A DNA stretch of 64,000 bases from Camelus ferus (lineage: Eukaryota): NCBI RefSeq assembly GCF_009834535.1, contig NC_045697.1, positions 53,694,001-53,758,000 of the forward strand, written 5' to 3'. A model generated the notes under the pieces. The model searched no databases. It was given only the letters and a program-made list of their open reading frames with translations, and was not told where the DNA came from. The translations under genes were made by a program, and so were the position numbers. How positions within the stretch are numbered: the first letter of the stretch is position 1; each line of letters starts with the position of its first letter. This document shows positions 50,401-63,754 of this stretch, in pieces.

Positions 50401-53400
50401 TCTGAATTGAGTGTCTTTTAATTCTTTATCTTGCTTAGATGATCTAAGCTAGGACTTTTAGTTCTATGTTGAATGAGTGTGACAGTGGGAACCCTGGCCT
50501 TTTCCCGATCTTAGAAGAAAAGCTTTCAAGTTTTCACTGATGATGATAATGTTACTTTTGGGTTTGTCACATATGGCCTTTATTATGCTGAGGTATGTCT
50601 TCTATATACCGAACATGTTGAGGTTTTTTAATCATCAAAGACTATTGTATATTTTCAAATGCCCTTCTTTCTCTTGAGATGATCAAGTTATTTTATCTTT
50701 CATTCTATTAGTGCAATGGCCTATACTTATTGATTTGGGTATGTTGAGCCATTCTTGCGTTCCATGGGGAAATCACACTTGGTCATGGTATATAAAATTT
50801 TCAGTGTGTTTTGAATTTTAAATTTGGCTGGCTGATATTTTCTTGAGAATTTTTGCATCTATATTCATCTTGCATATTGGCTTATACTCTTCTTTATTTG
50901 TAATGATCTTATCTATTTGGTATCTGCATAATACTGTCCTTGTAGAATGAGTTTGGAAAGGTTCCCTCCCTCTTTCTAATTTTTGGAAGTGTTTTTGAAG
51001 GACTGGCATTAATTACTCCACAAATGTTAGAATTTAACAGTGAATCCACCTGGCCCTGTGGTTTTCTATGCTGGGCAGTTTGTGATTACTGATTTAAACT
51101 CTTCACTCATTATGACTGTTCACATTTCCTAAATCTATCTGTTTCAGTATTTACAGGTTGCATATTTCTAGAAATCTACCGATTCTTCTCGGTTATGTAT
51201 TTTGTTAGCACGTAATTCTTCATAGAAATCCCTTATGATCCGATGTATGTCTGTAGGCTCAGTTGTAATGTCTCCTCTTTCATTTCTAATTTTATCTGAG
51301 TCTTCTTTCTTAGTTAATCTAGCTAGAGGTTATCATCAGTGTTCATCTTTTTGAAAACACAGAGCAAAACAAATACTGTATGATACCTTTATATGTGGAA
51401 TCTAAAAAAAGTAAACTTGTAAAAACTGAGAGTAATACAGTGGTTACCAAGGGCTAGGGGATGGGAGAAAAGGAGAGATGTTATTTAAGAGTAAAAACTT
51501 GCATCTTATAGTAAATTACCCCTAGAGATTTAAGGTAAAGCATAGTGAATGTAGACAACAATTTTATAACCATCAAACTTGGTAAGAGACTAGATCTTAG
51601 TTATTCCAACTACAGAAAGGAATAATAATCATGTGTCACGATAGATGTGTGATATAACATCAAAACGGGAATCTTATTAAAATATATAAATGTATCAAAT
51701 CAATATTCTATACAACTTAAATTCAATAATCTTACATGTCAAATATATTTATCTTTTAAAAATGACATAGCATTTTAAACTAAGGATCGAGAGTATAGAT
51801 AAATCTTATTTAATTTTTATACATTTTCATATTTTGCATACTTTCATGCCATGAACTTTTATTTTCATAAAGATGTCAGACAATGAGAATAACCAGTCCA
51901 CAACGGCAATTAAATTTTAAAGAAAGGATGTATTACAACAGTACGACAGAGATCCATCATCCCCAGGAGACATGAAGCAGCTTTGGGGGGCAAGCCAATG
52001 AGAAAAAAAACGCTGAAGACATAACACTTTAAATGCTGGAACATGGTCACAGGGAATACACACATTATCTGGATACACCATTAGACTCACAGGAAAGTTC
52101 AGCGAAATCAAAACTGAAACTGATCATCAGGGTGCAAATATACTTTTGAAGAATAATCTACACAATACACAAGCCTGGAGGGTAAGAGTTTGAAAAAAAT
52201 TCCCTCTTGTCTTGTTCCTATTAAAACTAGTTTTGAAAAGAAGTTTTTAAAGAAGTTTCTACTCTATAGCACAGAGAAGTATATTCGATAACTTCTAATA
52301 ACCTATAATGAAAAACAATATGAAAAGGAATGTGTATATATAACAATCACAATGCTGTATAGAAGAAATTAATATAGTAGAGTAAACTGACTATACTTTA
52401 ATAAAAAATATGACATTAATCATGATCATAAACTATACATTTTAAACGGAAAGATGGGGTCAGAATTTTCCAGAGAGAAAATAATAGTGAATGTTAAAAA
52501 GAAGAAAGACATTTCAAAGAGAGCAGTATATGGTTTCATCAGATAATCAGGAAAATTTTGCTCCTCTGCATTTTTTTTCAATAGAGAATATTGAACATTG
52601 TGGAACTATTCTAGTGCAGAGTAAGAAATTTTTTTAATTAGGGTCAAGGACTACAAGACAAATTAATTCTGAGAGAATTCCAATCAAATACAGCTTCACC
52701 AGGAGCTTTATTTAGTCTGACATGAACTACTCACAGGTGACCAGATCTCTGCTACAGAAAGCCTGGTGTTCCTCTCCCACTGTGGGGCAGGTGCTCCCCC
52801 AGGGATTTAGTGAGGTGATGATGAGGGTCCCTCACAGCCCCTTGCACATAGCACATCCTACTGTGACAGCAAATATACAAGGTGATTTCAGAGCAGAGGG
52901 TGTCCTATGGAAACAAACCCAGCAGTATGCTCACTCAGAAATGCAACTACACAAGCATATCTCTTGCTTATTAATAGGACACACAGGGCTGTTTCACAGA
53001 AATTCTAAACTATAATACCAGACTCCTCAATGTCAGTGACTCGTAATTTAGAGACAGATTTGGGGAACTTCTGAGTAACTTAAAGTTAAGGTATGAGGAT
53101 TATAGATCTGTGAGAAGGATAAAGTCATTCAAATCCTAACTTTTTCTTAGTGATCACAGTCAGGGAAATGAAATACTAATGACTACTCCAAACTAATTCT
53201 CTAGAAAGGGCCTGGAATAAACAAAGGATTTAGTAGAACTATAATAAGAAAGAATTAAAGATGAGTTAAGATCCTGCTGTGTGACCTCCTTCCAAGGATC
53301 TATGTTAGTAATTAATAACATGACTGATGAAGAGTCTAACACTGTTTACCAGTGTGTCCTCCTCACTACTGTGTACTGCCTCTATCTCATTTCTTCCTTA

Positions 53401-56400
53401 TACGCACACATTTGCACACATACATATAACAGAAGAAACCGACCTCACATCACACATCTCCTTCCCAAGGACCTCATGGATGAGGCCTATTAAAAACAAA
53501 GCCATTACTAAAAACATTTCAGGAGTTTCCTCAAAAAATATAAAATAGAATTACCATATGGTCCAGCTATTTCTCTTCTGGATGTGTATACAAAAGAACT
53601 GAAGCTAGCACCCTAAGGAGATATTTGCACACCATATTCATAAAGGCATTATTCACAAGAGCCAAGAACTTGAAGCAACCCAATTCTCCATGAACAGATA
53701 AAGCAATAAACAAAGTATGGAATACAAAAACACTCGAATATCACTCAGTCTTTAAAAGAAGATTCTGACACATGACACAACATGAATGAACCTTAGGATA
53801 AGGGAAGTAAGCCAGTGACAAAAAGACAAGTACTTTACAACTCAACAGATATGAGGTATGTGGAGTAATCAAATTTGTAGAAACGTAGAGTAGAATCATG
53901 ATTACCAGGGGCTGGGATCACAGAGGAAAATGGAGTTTTTAATGGGCACAGACTTCCAGTTTTGCCAGATGAAAAAGTTCTACAGATCGGTTCCACAATG
54001 TGAATGTACTTAATACTTTTGAACTACAGACTTAGGAATGACTAAGATGGTAAATTGTATGTTACATATATTTTATCAGGTTTTTTTTTTCAAAAAGCCA
54101 CTACTGAAATAATTCCTGATTGTATCAGAATTTTTACTATTCAGCTGTTTGTAGCAATCCTTTCAATAACGTTTGCTATGCTGTTGCTCATTTGTAATGG
54201 AGAAAATTCTTTTTTGACAGGAAATGGAAGAGTTTGTCCAGAGCTCAGGAGAAGATGGTATTGTGGTGTTTACTTTGGGGTCGATTGTCACTAACATAAC
54301 AGAAGAAAGAGCCAATGTGATTGCATCAGCCCTTGCCCAGATTCCACAAAAGGTAGATAAAGAAACATAATAGTAGACAACTATAAAATCAGACAGTTAA
54401 ATCTTGTAAAAAGTTTGACTATAAACATACTTTGCAAGAAAGGTAAATTACTATGATAGCCCCAACATGTCTCAAATATTTAAAAGCCAGAATATACATA
54501 GCAGGTGCTGCAATAATACAGACAGTGTCTTGACAATGATTTTGGATACACACTATAATCAAGTAAATATACATGAGAGATGCAGTGCGAAATCTGGTTA
54601 GTATAATGGTACTGTGGGCAGGTAGAGAAATCACCAAATTCTGCCTTGTCATCGCTGCTTTCCTTGAAGGATTCCTGAGGACACAGTACACACACAGAAG
54701 TTCTCAGGAGTTAAATTTTAACAGTAATTGTACTAGCACAGTAACGTTGGGCAATATTGATAAAAGTCGGAAATGTGCTATGCAGTTTATACTTGCCAGG
54801 TAATCCTGGCTGCCTTTATTTTCCCTAAATTTTGGAACAGATCTATTCAGTGTGCTTTTCAGGGTGCTATTCAGAGAAAAGATGATCAGGGCTCCCCAAG
54901 CTGCCTGCAGACACCCAGTCAGGCACCATGATTTACACAAAAACAAACATCAGCCTGCCCTGGGTGCCTTGGTCCTACCAAAGCCTGAAGCAGGAAGATA
55001 AAAGAGAAACAGTGAAGATGGGGTTCTGCCCTGAAGGTGAACCCTGTGCATTGTAAAGGGTGGACTATAACGGACTCTGCATCCAGCCTATCAGATTACT
55101 CTTCCTGACTGAGGAGGGAGAATGGACTATTTGAGAAAGTCAAGCATAAGGAAGACTGGCATGGAAAAGATTCTACTGCCTCCTTCCCCATATTATACAG
55201 CAGTAACTTACTCTCTACAAAATAAAATACACCTGGGATCTTTGGTTATTTGTGACCTACTCCTACTTTACTATCTGATATTGTAGTCTTCTCTTAAACA
55301 ACTGAGCTAATTTTTTGCTGAGAACATAACGTCACTTTCACTCACACAGCAAATAGAAATTGGACACCAGGAAATTATAATCCAATGTGTAAGAATTACT
55401 TGGAAATCCAAAATGGGTGGCTTATTTTGGTGCTGAATATGAAAACCGCATTAACCACTGCTGTCAATGCACTGTGCTTCACTGTTGAAGTGTTCAGGGT
55501 CAGCTGAATAATTTTAGCATCCCACTTTTGGAGCTTTTCCAATACCTTATTGTTACTTGTAAATTACCACATGCTCCTCCTTTCTAAACTTAAATGTTTT
55601 CACACTTACTAATAGTGGTAATAATCTGGATTTATGTCAAAAAATACCAATTCTCTCTTTTTTTTTTTTTAAAGCGCTTAACAATTTGTAATCTAAAAGA
55701 AGTTTTACTTTCTAAGCAGCATTAATTGTCTTATTATTAATAAATTATAAATAAGCAGAAATACTTACTTCTCTTAAGTGGCTAACTGCAGGTACTTTCT
55801 ATTAGTAAATCAAAACATGTAAAATTCTAATAAAATAACTTGTCACATTAACGAGTGGATATACGTAAACTCCATTCCTTAAGAGTCGATAAGAAATAAC
55901 TCAGCAAATAACAACTTTGAAAATAAGAGCTAGTATATAAAATAAAGCAAAACAAATGTGTAGATTATTAGTAATTTGCCACTGTTTTGCTTTTTCACTA
56001 GAATCCAGACTACCTAACAATTTCATAAATACTTGAATTTGTCATTGAAAAATTCATTTGTCAATGACATCATGTGTGATATGTCATGATTCATTCCATA
56101 CCTCATTGAACATAAAAATAAGTACACAGAATGTGGGTATTCCTATTGATGTCAGTGCATTACTAGTCATCCCTACTTAGGATCTGCTGTCTTCATTTCC
56201 TGACCTGTCGTATGGAAGGCATTTAACTGGATGTCTTTTCATCTCTTTAGAATTCTAACGTGCTATAACTTTGAAGTTCAACTCATGAATAAGCTATCTA
56301 CTTCACCCTAACAGGTTCTTTGGAGATACCATGGCAAGAAACCAGATACCTTAGGACCCAATACTCGGCTGTACAAGTGGATCCCCCAGAACGACCTTCT

Positions 56401-59400
56401 TGGTGAGACCTGGGAGAACAAATGTTGGAAACAAGGGTAACAGCTGAGGGAGTGACAGCACTGGGACAGGAAACCTACTTATCCGCACTTATTATTCAAA
56501 CATGCAAAAATTCTTCAATGTTGTTTCCAGTCCTAGTGGGAAACCAGAATAAAACATAATAGTTGGTTTTTTATTGAAGAGTCACATCTTTTATGGACAG
56601 AATCTTTATTTTGGCTGTAATTACTTCTCACAGTAAAATTATCAAGAACACCCTGGCTTGTTGCTGTGTCTCTGAACTCACTCCTTATACACACACATCT
56701 TTCCCCCTCTTACGGGTATTTTAAATGTTCCTGAAAAACAGCGGCTCCTTTTTATTATCCCCATTTTCTGTAGGAAAATACTTTTAATTGTTTTCATGAA
56801 GCTGTCAACACAATTCATGATAAAATGTAGCTTTTCCTTTCTCTGGTCTCAGTGTCACGACCATTATCTTCCGTGTTGCCTTGACACCCTTCCTATCAGA
56901 CTAAATGTCTTACTATTTCTTTAAGAGACTATGTTTTCTGACATGCCCTCACCCTTTTGTAGCTCATGTGGTTTTTTCTACCAGAATGGTCTTTCCATTT
57001 GTTCACCTGACAATCTGGAGTACATTTGTGAATTCAACTCACACAGCACTCCTTTCATGAAGGCTTCACTTCCCTCTCCAGCAGACTGAGTGGTTTCCTG
57101 ATCTGAGATCTGAAAGCAGTTGGAATGCAGTTTCATGTGTATAATCATCTGTTATCGAAAGGACACTGCTTCTTTCACTGCCTTTTAATGGCCAGTTCTC
57201 ATTTGATTTCTAACTATAATTAACCAATTTACTGAAATTCACTCAATCCTAGGTCATCCAAAAACCAAAGCTTTTATAACTCATGGTGGAGCCAACGGCA
57301 TTTATGAGGCCATCTACCACGGGATCCCTATGGTGGGCATTCCTTTGTTTGCTGACCAACCCGATAACATCGCTCACATGACGGCCAAGGGGGCAGCTGT
57401 CAGGTTGGACTTCAATAAAATATCAAGAATAGATTTGCTCAATGCATTGAAGCAAGTCATTAATAATCCTTCGTGAGTACATATGTATATTTTTCTACTA
57501 CATACTCTGTCTAGAGAAGTTCTCATAGGGAGGCCAGGGAGGCAGTAATACATTTTCACATAAACGCAATGAGGAGTAAGTGCTGGTCAATGCTTTGAAC
57601 AGTCAGTGACAGCCTACTGTCAATGTTACATTAAGGTTTTGTTTTGGGGGGGGTGGGTTTGGCGGCTTAATGACAAAGCTTCCTCAAAGGTTTAAGGATA
57701 GTGGAGAAATTTGAAAGGGCTAATCATTAGAATGAGAAGAGTCACCAAAATGGTAACAGAAGGATTAAGAGGAAGCTGGACGAACAGGGTTCAGGATGGG
57801 AATCATGAGGTTATAAGAGTACCCACCCGCACAGTTATGACTTTCCTTCAGCATAAGAACTCCTCAAGTGTTTTAAACTCTTCCAAGATGCCTGTGCCAT
57901 GTAAACTACATTCATATTCAATTTCAAATTCTTATTACATTCAACAACTTCCATGTTTTCTGTGCTAATATTCTGAACCCATTGCTGATAAGTAGTAAAC
58001 AACTAGAACTTTATATAGATATAAAAGCAGTGTTATCTATTTTCATTTTAGCCCTTCTGTTCTCCTAAAAGAGCAGCATAAGGAGCACATTTTCCTCTTT
58101 TCTTAGGAAATCTATCTTTCATTTGGTGATTTTATGTAAAAGCACATTTCTCTAATATCATTATACCTTTTTAATTTTTAATAATGTAAAGCTGATGTCA
58201 GAAAATGAAGATAAGTTATTAGGTGCTACGTACAGAATGTTTACTACATGCTACACATTGTATGAAGTCCTTCGCACGTATTGAGTAACTTCTTCATGTT
58301 GGTCTTTCCCTATTGTATTACAAAAACTTCAGCATAACTTCCTCCTCTGAAAAACCCAAGGCTCGCCCAGCACATGAAGAGAATGTGCCTCCAAGGCTAT
58401 TGCTACAGAGCCATGCTATCGCACTTTGTGATTCAGACTGCGTGAGCCATCTCTCCTTATTCCTCCTCCCCTCTGGTCTGTTAGTCCATAACCATTTCAG
58501 CAGTAACTGCGACACCTGAAACTGAAAGGTTGAGTACTTCCCAGATTCTAAAATCACTAACAAGAAAAACAACAATACTAGCAATGACCTACTGAGAGTG
58601 AATTGTGCACTACAAATACCTCTAAGAATCGATATTATTCCCCCAAATAATCACATGAGATCCTATTCCTAACCATTCCACTTAACAATAAAAACCTGAG
58701 GAAAGAAGAATAACAAAGCAGGCAACAAGGTAAGTGCCAGAGTCAGGATTCAAACCAAGGCAATCACTTCCACACTTTAAACCACCACTTCACTAATAAG
58801 ACGTCAATACCAGTTCCTGCTCACTACCAGCTGCTGCCCAGCCCCACCTGGACGTGTCTCTGAACCTCGACACGGATTTTCCACCTATCTCTGGATTATT
58901 ATAGTATTTCAAAACTTGTCTGTGAACAATCACTTACGGGGTCGTTCACTAGCTTGGAACACTCAAATCACGTTTTCTTGTTTGTTTTTTACTCTTGTGT
59001 CTCAACTCATTCCATTCTTTAGGCTAGAAATACTCCTCCTCTCCCAGTTTCTCTCTCTTTCCATAGCCTGAAATCAAATGCATTTAACAACCTCTAGCCA
59101 TTAGCTAAGATCTCTATAATCATCTCTGAGGAAGATAATCTTTCCTTCCACTCACTGTGGCACTCATTCTTACCACCTGCATGAAAATCTTGCAGACTTT
59201 AATTTTCTAGATCACTCTCTAAATTGATGTCTATTTGTTTTTCCTTCAGCTACAAGCAGAATGCTATGAGGTTATCAACCATTCAGCACGATCAGCCAGT
59301 GAAGCCCCTGGACCGAGCAGTCTTCTGGATCGAGTTTGTCATGCGCCACAAAGGAGCTAAGCACCTGCGGCCAGCCGCCCACAACCTCACCTGGTACCAG

Positions 59401-59529
59401 TACCACTCTCTGGATGTGACTGGGTTCCTGCTGGCCTGTGTGGCAACTGCTATCTTTGTCATCACAAAATGTTGTCTGTTTTGCTGCCAGAAGTTTCCCA
59501 AAGCAGGAAAGAAGAATAAAAGGGAGTAG
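37683..59529 (+). CDS. UGT2B: UDP-glucuronosyltransferase 2B family enzyme, intact, 530 aa; join(37683-38406,39019-39167,54221-54352,56315-56402,57253-57472,59250-59529)
   Basis: Six GT-AG exons of 724+149+132+88+220+280 = 1593 nt with compatible phases and no stops. It has a signal peptide, catalytic His (YSHW) and Asp (VLADA), the UDP-sugar signature [21 protein letters not shown]...FADQ, a C-terminal TM helix and a KxKxx ER-retrieval tail (KKNKRE). The specific paralog number is not assignable. Confidence 0.95.
39019..39167 (+). CDS. UGT2B: UGT2B exon 2
   Basis: tttaag|(G)[49 protein letters not shown]|gtcacc. 149 nt. Confidence 0.95.
39420..40150 (-). mobile_element. Probable L2 remnants in intron 2
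   Basis: Purine-rich degenerate L2-like motifs (TAAGGTCAGATCTGAA, ATCACATTTTTAAAAAGA). Recognised by eye only. Confidence 0.4.
41135..48342 (-). mobile_element. Full-length LINE-1 (L1-C) antisense in UGT2B intron 2, disrupted ORFs, with TSD
   Basis: The 5' end GGGGCCAAGATG is at 48342. ORF1 spans about 46570-45670, the ORF2 ATG is at 45264 and its stop at about 41462. TSD TGGACTGCAAATTCTTT (41118-41134) and TGGATTACAAATTCTTT (48349-48365). Confidence 0.96.
48690..51350 (-). mobile_element. Older L1 ORF2 fragment, interrupted by the mini-L1 at 48758-49760
   Basis: TTTAAGTCTTTGATCCATTTTGAGTTAA resumes after the insert as ATAGGGGTCCC...TTTCATT...TATCCAC. ORF fragment [10 protein letters not shown] at 50818-51009. 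Confidence 0.8.
48758..49760 (+). mobile_element. Mini-L1: 5' end, ORF1-end/spacer piece, ORF2 end, 3'UTR and poly(A), with two internal deletions
   Basis: 48758-48893 matches L1-B up to 9715. 48894-49067 matches L1-B 12138-12309. 49068-49760 matches L1-B from 15998 to its end. Confidence 0.9.
51360..51760 (+). mobile_element. Older L1 3' end fragment
   Basis: ACAAATACTGTATGATACC...TATGTGGAATCTAAAAAA...GTGGTTACCAAGGGCTAGGGG. Confidence 0.75.
53510..54075 (+). mobile_element. Older L1 3' end fragment (L1MB-like)
   Basis: ATAGAATTACCATATGGTCCAGC, GTAAGCCAGTGACAAAAAGACAA, GATGAAAAAGTTCT, TGAATGTACTTAAT. Confidence 0.75.
54221..54352 (+). CDS. UGT2B: UGT2B exon 3
   Basis: tgacag|[44 protein letters not shown]|gtagat. 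132 nt, with N-glycosylation sequon NIT. Confidence 0.95.
56315..56402 (+). CDS. UGT2B: UGT2B exon 4
   Basis: taacag|[30 protein letters not shown]|gtgaga. 88 nt. Confidence 0.95.
57253..57472 (+). CDS. UGT2B: UGT2B exon 5
   Basis: tcctag|(G)[73 protein letters not shown]|gtgagt. 220 nt. Confidence 0.95.
58640..58790 (-). mobile_element. Probable MIR fragment
   Basis: AAAACCTGAGG...GGTAAGTGCCAGAGTCAGGATTCAAACCAAGGCA...ACACTTTAAACCAC, an antisense MIR pattern. Confidence 0.55.
59250..59529 (+). CDS. UGT2B: UGT2B exon 6 (TM helix, dilysine tail, stop)
   Basis: cttcag|[40 protein letters not shown]...[27 protein letters not shown]...KKNKRE*. Confidence 0.96.
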
Positions 59530-59740
59530 TTGTATCTGAGGCCTGATACAGGAACGCTCCATACATGGATCACTTCCAGTTGATCCCAGCAAGAAGGAAT
59601 GAGGTTCCTGTCTTCCGGTGACAAAAGGACATTTCTCAATTTAGCATCAAAGATCAAAATTTGCTTTCAAGGGGTTTTCGTCCTGCTTGAGAGTTAGAAA
59701 TATGTTGTGAAAAGAGAAAAGCTGCCAAAAATTAAACAAA

Positions 59741-59746
59741 AATAAA
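59741..59746 (+). terminator. Candidate polyadenylation signal of UGT2B
   Basis: AATAAA about 210 nt after the stop, preceded by ATTAAA at 59731. Confidence 0.55.
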
Positions 59747-61327
59747 ACTATAAGGGTATCTATTGAAATTTATTATTTTAATTAAAAACTTATGCTAAAA
59801 AGAAATCATTGAATTTAAGTCTGTTTCACATGGTATGCACGTACAAAAGAACCATAACAAGTCTACTCACAGTATCAAAATTATGTTGTAGATATTCAGA
59901 ATATTTTCACCTTATTTTGGTGCAGAATTTTATAGTTTTATCTTGCTACAGAAACTGTTCAATACTTGAAATTGTGTAAAAGATTCACCCTTCCATTTCA
60001 TTTGTGAGTCCACGAACACTTCTTGGATTTTACTGTGCATCCAGCCTCAGCATCACTCCTTACCTAAAGCCATGGCAACTCACTTGCATTCCTCCGGGTT
60101 AAGTCATGTCCCAGTGAAATGTCTGTGGAATCAGTCATACAGCAACTGCTACCTGCTTCCTATTATAAAACTGAGCCATTTGTGAAAATCTTTGATTTCA
60201 TGACTGAATTTTCTTTTTCTCTTTACCTTTAAAAATATTCACCTGATCGCTTTCATTCCTATATTCAGCCTTTGATAATGGATATAACTTTTCAACTTTA
60301 AATCAAGAAAATATACAACCTATACTCTAAAGGGAATTATTGAATTTTCATTCCCTCCAAATGTACCAAAATATATCTATATCTCTATATATTCCATCAA
60401 AATAAGACACAGCATCACTTAGCTTATTGCAGATACACTATGAAATTCAATGTGTTTGTTGAACACAGATTGAAATAATGGATATTACTCTACATAACCA
60501 TACTTTGGTTCAGTATAGCTCATTCTTTTGTCTCTTTTCTCAGGAGCCTATTTCTCCATCCATTCCATAACAATTATCTGTAAACACTCAATCCTTTGTC
60601 AAGAGAAAAAATAATAAAAGCATCATTTTCTTTAAACCTAGGCCCTCCTTGACTGACATAATTGGTAACAGTGGGTGGAATACAAAAATTATATAAATTT
60701 CATGGAAAATTGGTAAATCAAATGGAAGATATCTGAAGGCACTCTTGAAAATTGCACATCAGGAAAGGACTTTATTATCAAAGTGGTCCAGATGAGGAAA
60801 AGCATAGTTGTCTTATTGGTCAAAACCATCATCCAAATCATGTGACAGTCATTCCTCAGCTGAAAGCATAATTTATTTTAAAAATAAATTAAAACATTGA
60901 CGTTTAGGGAATTATAGAAAACATGTGCCACAGAATTTTCAATACAATTTGTATGTATAACTGACACCTTGTATTTAAAAATGGAACTAAAATGATGCCA
61001 TAGTATATAATAGTTTTAAATCACACATCGAGGCTTAAATAATTTTCCTCAAATTGATTCTGCAACATTTAAATATTATAGATAAATGTATTACTACTTG
61101 TATTTAAAATTTCAATAGTTTTAAAAATCTTAACTCACAAAAATTTAATGCCTTTACTTTGGTTTTAATGTCAATATTGAATTAATTTTACAATAGCTCA
61201 GGGACCTCTGCTGGCTTACTTCCAATACTTACATTTATAGTGTTTCTGAGATATCACTACAAATATTTTGACATCTCTCCCATCAAGTAATTTCCTCTCT
61301 TTTAAAGTTTAGAAAGTCTTGTTGCTG

Positions 61328-61460
61328 GGAGGAGAAGGCCATAGCTCAGGGGTAGTGTGTTTGCTTAGCATGCACAAGGTCCTGGGTCTAAACTGCAGTA
61401 CTGCCATTAAAATAACTAAATAAACCTATCTATCTCCCTTCCAAAAAAAAAAGTTAAAAA
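61328..61460 (+). mobile_element. tRNA-derived SINE, paralog of the one at 28275
   Basis: Same left flank, AGAAAGTCTTGTTGCTG. Body reads ATAGCTCAGGGGTAG...TGCTTAGCATGCACAAGGTCCTGGGT, then an A tail. Confidence 0.85.
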
Positions 61461-62417
61461 ACAATTTTGTACTTGTCTCACAAATGTTGCAGTCTAACCT
61501 CCAATAGTCAGTTACAAACTGCAACATATTGTCTATTTCTTCGTCTGTCTCTCTCTCTCTGTCTCTGTCCACTCCCTACTTCCCTACTCACCACGGAGCC
61601 CTGTACCACACCCAAAGTCCCCATGGTGAATGATCATTTGTGAAGAGTTCATAGATATGCCTCAGAAGTCCTAGTACTTGGCCCTCCAACAGATTGCATC
61701 TTCTCAAACCAATCACCAGATAATTACAACCCCAGCCACCACAAGACTGTAGCCACCTGAGAAACCTCCTACAATAATCACTTAGCTGAGCCTAGACAAC
61801 ACCCAGAACTATAATAGATAAAAATAAAATGAGGACTGCTCTTCTAAGCCCCTACTTTTAAGGGCACTTTTTATGCAGTAATACACCACTGGAAAAATAA
61901 TTATACCTTTGTAATAATATTACAATAAAGATACAGCTTAATAATGGGACATTATCAATGTTACATTTTGAAAAACTGTAACCCAAAAAGGAGACCCACC
62001 ATACCAAAATGGTTAAGAGTTTGAACTCTGTACTCAGACAGCATGGATTTAAGTCCCCGAAGAACTGCCACAGACTTGTGTGGGGTTGGGAGTGTTACTG
62101 TATCTCCCTAAGCCTCAGCTGCCCCATCAGTGAAATGCAGATAAAGTAATGGTATTAACCACTTCATGGAGTTCTTCAAAGTCTGAATATACTAACCTTG
62201 TAAAGCACTAAATGTAGTTGGTGTCTATAGTGCTATGTAATTTACATTAACTATTCTGATTTAAATGCATGGAAATACATTCATAATAATTTTAGTCCAC
62301 AGGTTTATGCAGTACATTTTATGTAACATGTTTCAAATGCAAATAATGATAATAACAGCATTTCCTGTAAATATGCAGAAACTAAATAAGGAGAAATAAA
62401 TTTGTGGTACAGGACTG

Positions 62418-63754
62418 TGCCAAGATGCCAGAGTAGGCGGACATGGTGCTCACGATCCTCACAAACACATCAAAAATACATCTTCACGTGGAACAGCTGT
62501 CACAGAAAACTGTAAACTGACAGAACTACGAAAACAAAGCTACAAGAAAGAGTTCCCTGTAACCAGGCACGATGGAAAAAAAGTAAAGGGGCAAGATGGT
62601 GAAGCGATAGGACCATGAGCTCGTCTCTCCTTGCAACTACAACAAAACCACAAATGACTGCTAAACAACCATCAAAAAAAAAAAAAAAGAGTGGAATCTA
62701 GCGAAAAAAAAAAAAAAAACTTTTTCAACTCTAAACATAAAGAGGGAACCACAGTGGGATGGTAGGAGGGGCATGCTTCCAATATTATCAGGCTCCATAC
62801 CCCTGGGTTGAGTGACCCACAAGCTGAAAGACGATTAAGTTGCAGGGGCGCACCCACAGGAGTGAGACTTCTCAGCCCCACATCAGACTCCCCAGCCCAG
62901 GGTTCCAGCATTGAGAGGAGGAGGAGATCCCAGGACATCTGGTTTTCAAGGCCAGTGGGGCTTAGCTCCAGGAGCATCATGGGACTAGGGGGAAACAGAG
63001 ACTTCATTCTCTAGGGAATAGAACACAGAATCTCACGTGTGCCAGGTCCAAGGGCAGAGGCAGTGATTTCATAAGAACCTGGGACAGACCTGTCTGCTGG
63101 TTTTGGAAGGACTCCTGGGGATGTAGGGGAAAGCTGTGGCTCACCTAGGGGACATAAAAGCTGGTGCTGGACATTACAGGAGTGTTCATCTGCATGAGCT
63201 TTCCTGGAGGCTGGTATCATTATTGGATCACTAGCACCAAGAACTAGCCCCACCCAACAGCCTGTAGGGAAACCTCAAGCCAAAAAACATACTGGGTGGG
63301 AACACAGCGCACCCATCAGCAGACTTCCTAACCCCACAAACACCTCTAGACAGGGCCCTACCCACCAGAGGTCCAGAACCAAGCTGCACCCAGCAGTGGG
63401 CAGACACTAACTCCTCCTGCCAGGAAACCTGCATAAGCCTCTAGTTCCTCCCTCATCCACCAGGGGGCAGGTACCAGAAATAAAAAAACAATCCCAAAGC
63501 TTGTGGAAGGAATCCACAAACACAGGCCAGACTCTACACTGGGACCAGCTGGACCCTGGCCCTTGAGTAACAAGAGAGGAGTGTACCGCTGGGATGCATA
63601 GCACATCTCCTACAGAGGGCCACCTCTCCAAGGTCTACAAATGTAACTGACCTACCTAAAAACACAAATAGAAAGACAGACAATATGACATGGCAAAAGA
63701 ATACTGCCCAGACCAAGGCACAAGATAAAATCTCAGAAGAAATAAGTGATGAGT
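62418..63754 (+). mobile_element. Older L1 5' sequence: a short 5' end shared with 29388, then a second L1 5'UTR starting GGGGCAAGATGG at about 62588 and running to the ORF1 start
   Basis: GCCAAGATGCCAGAGTAGG at about 62419 and a second CAAGATGG start at 62592. An ORF1-start-like ATGACATGGCAAAAGAAT...CAAGATAAAATCTCAGAAGAA lies at about 63685-63745. Confidence 0.6.

Larger units (their letters stand above)
59290..62589 (+). repeat. Copy 2 of the duplicated block (partner 25384-29556)
   Basis: Colinear with copy 1 except that it lacks about 855 bp (copy 1 about 27165-28020). It includes an MLT1-like piece at about 61590-61885 and a MIR at about 62010-62255. Confidence 0.95.

Noticed and set aside
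59275..59657. Antisense ORFs over exon 6 (105 and 121 aa; also 25480-25725)
   Set aside because: Shadows of the coding exon with non-ATG starts in the intact copy, and not preserved in frame between the two copies.
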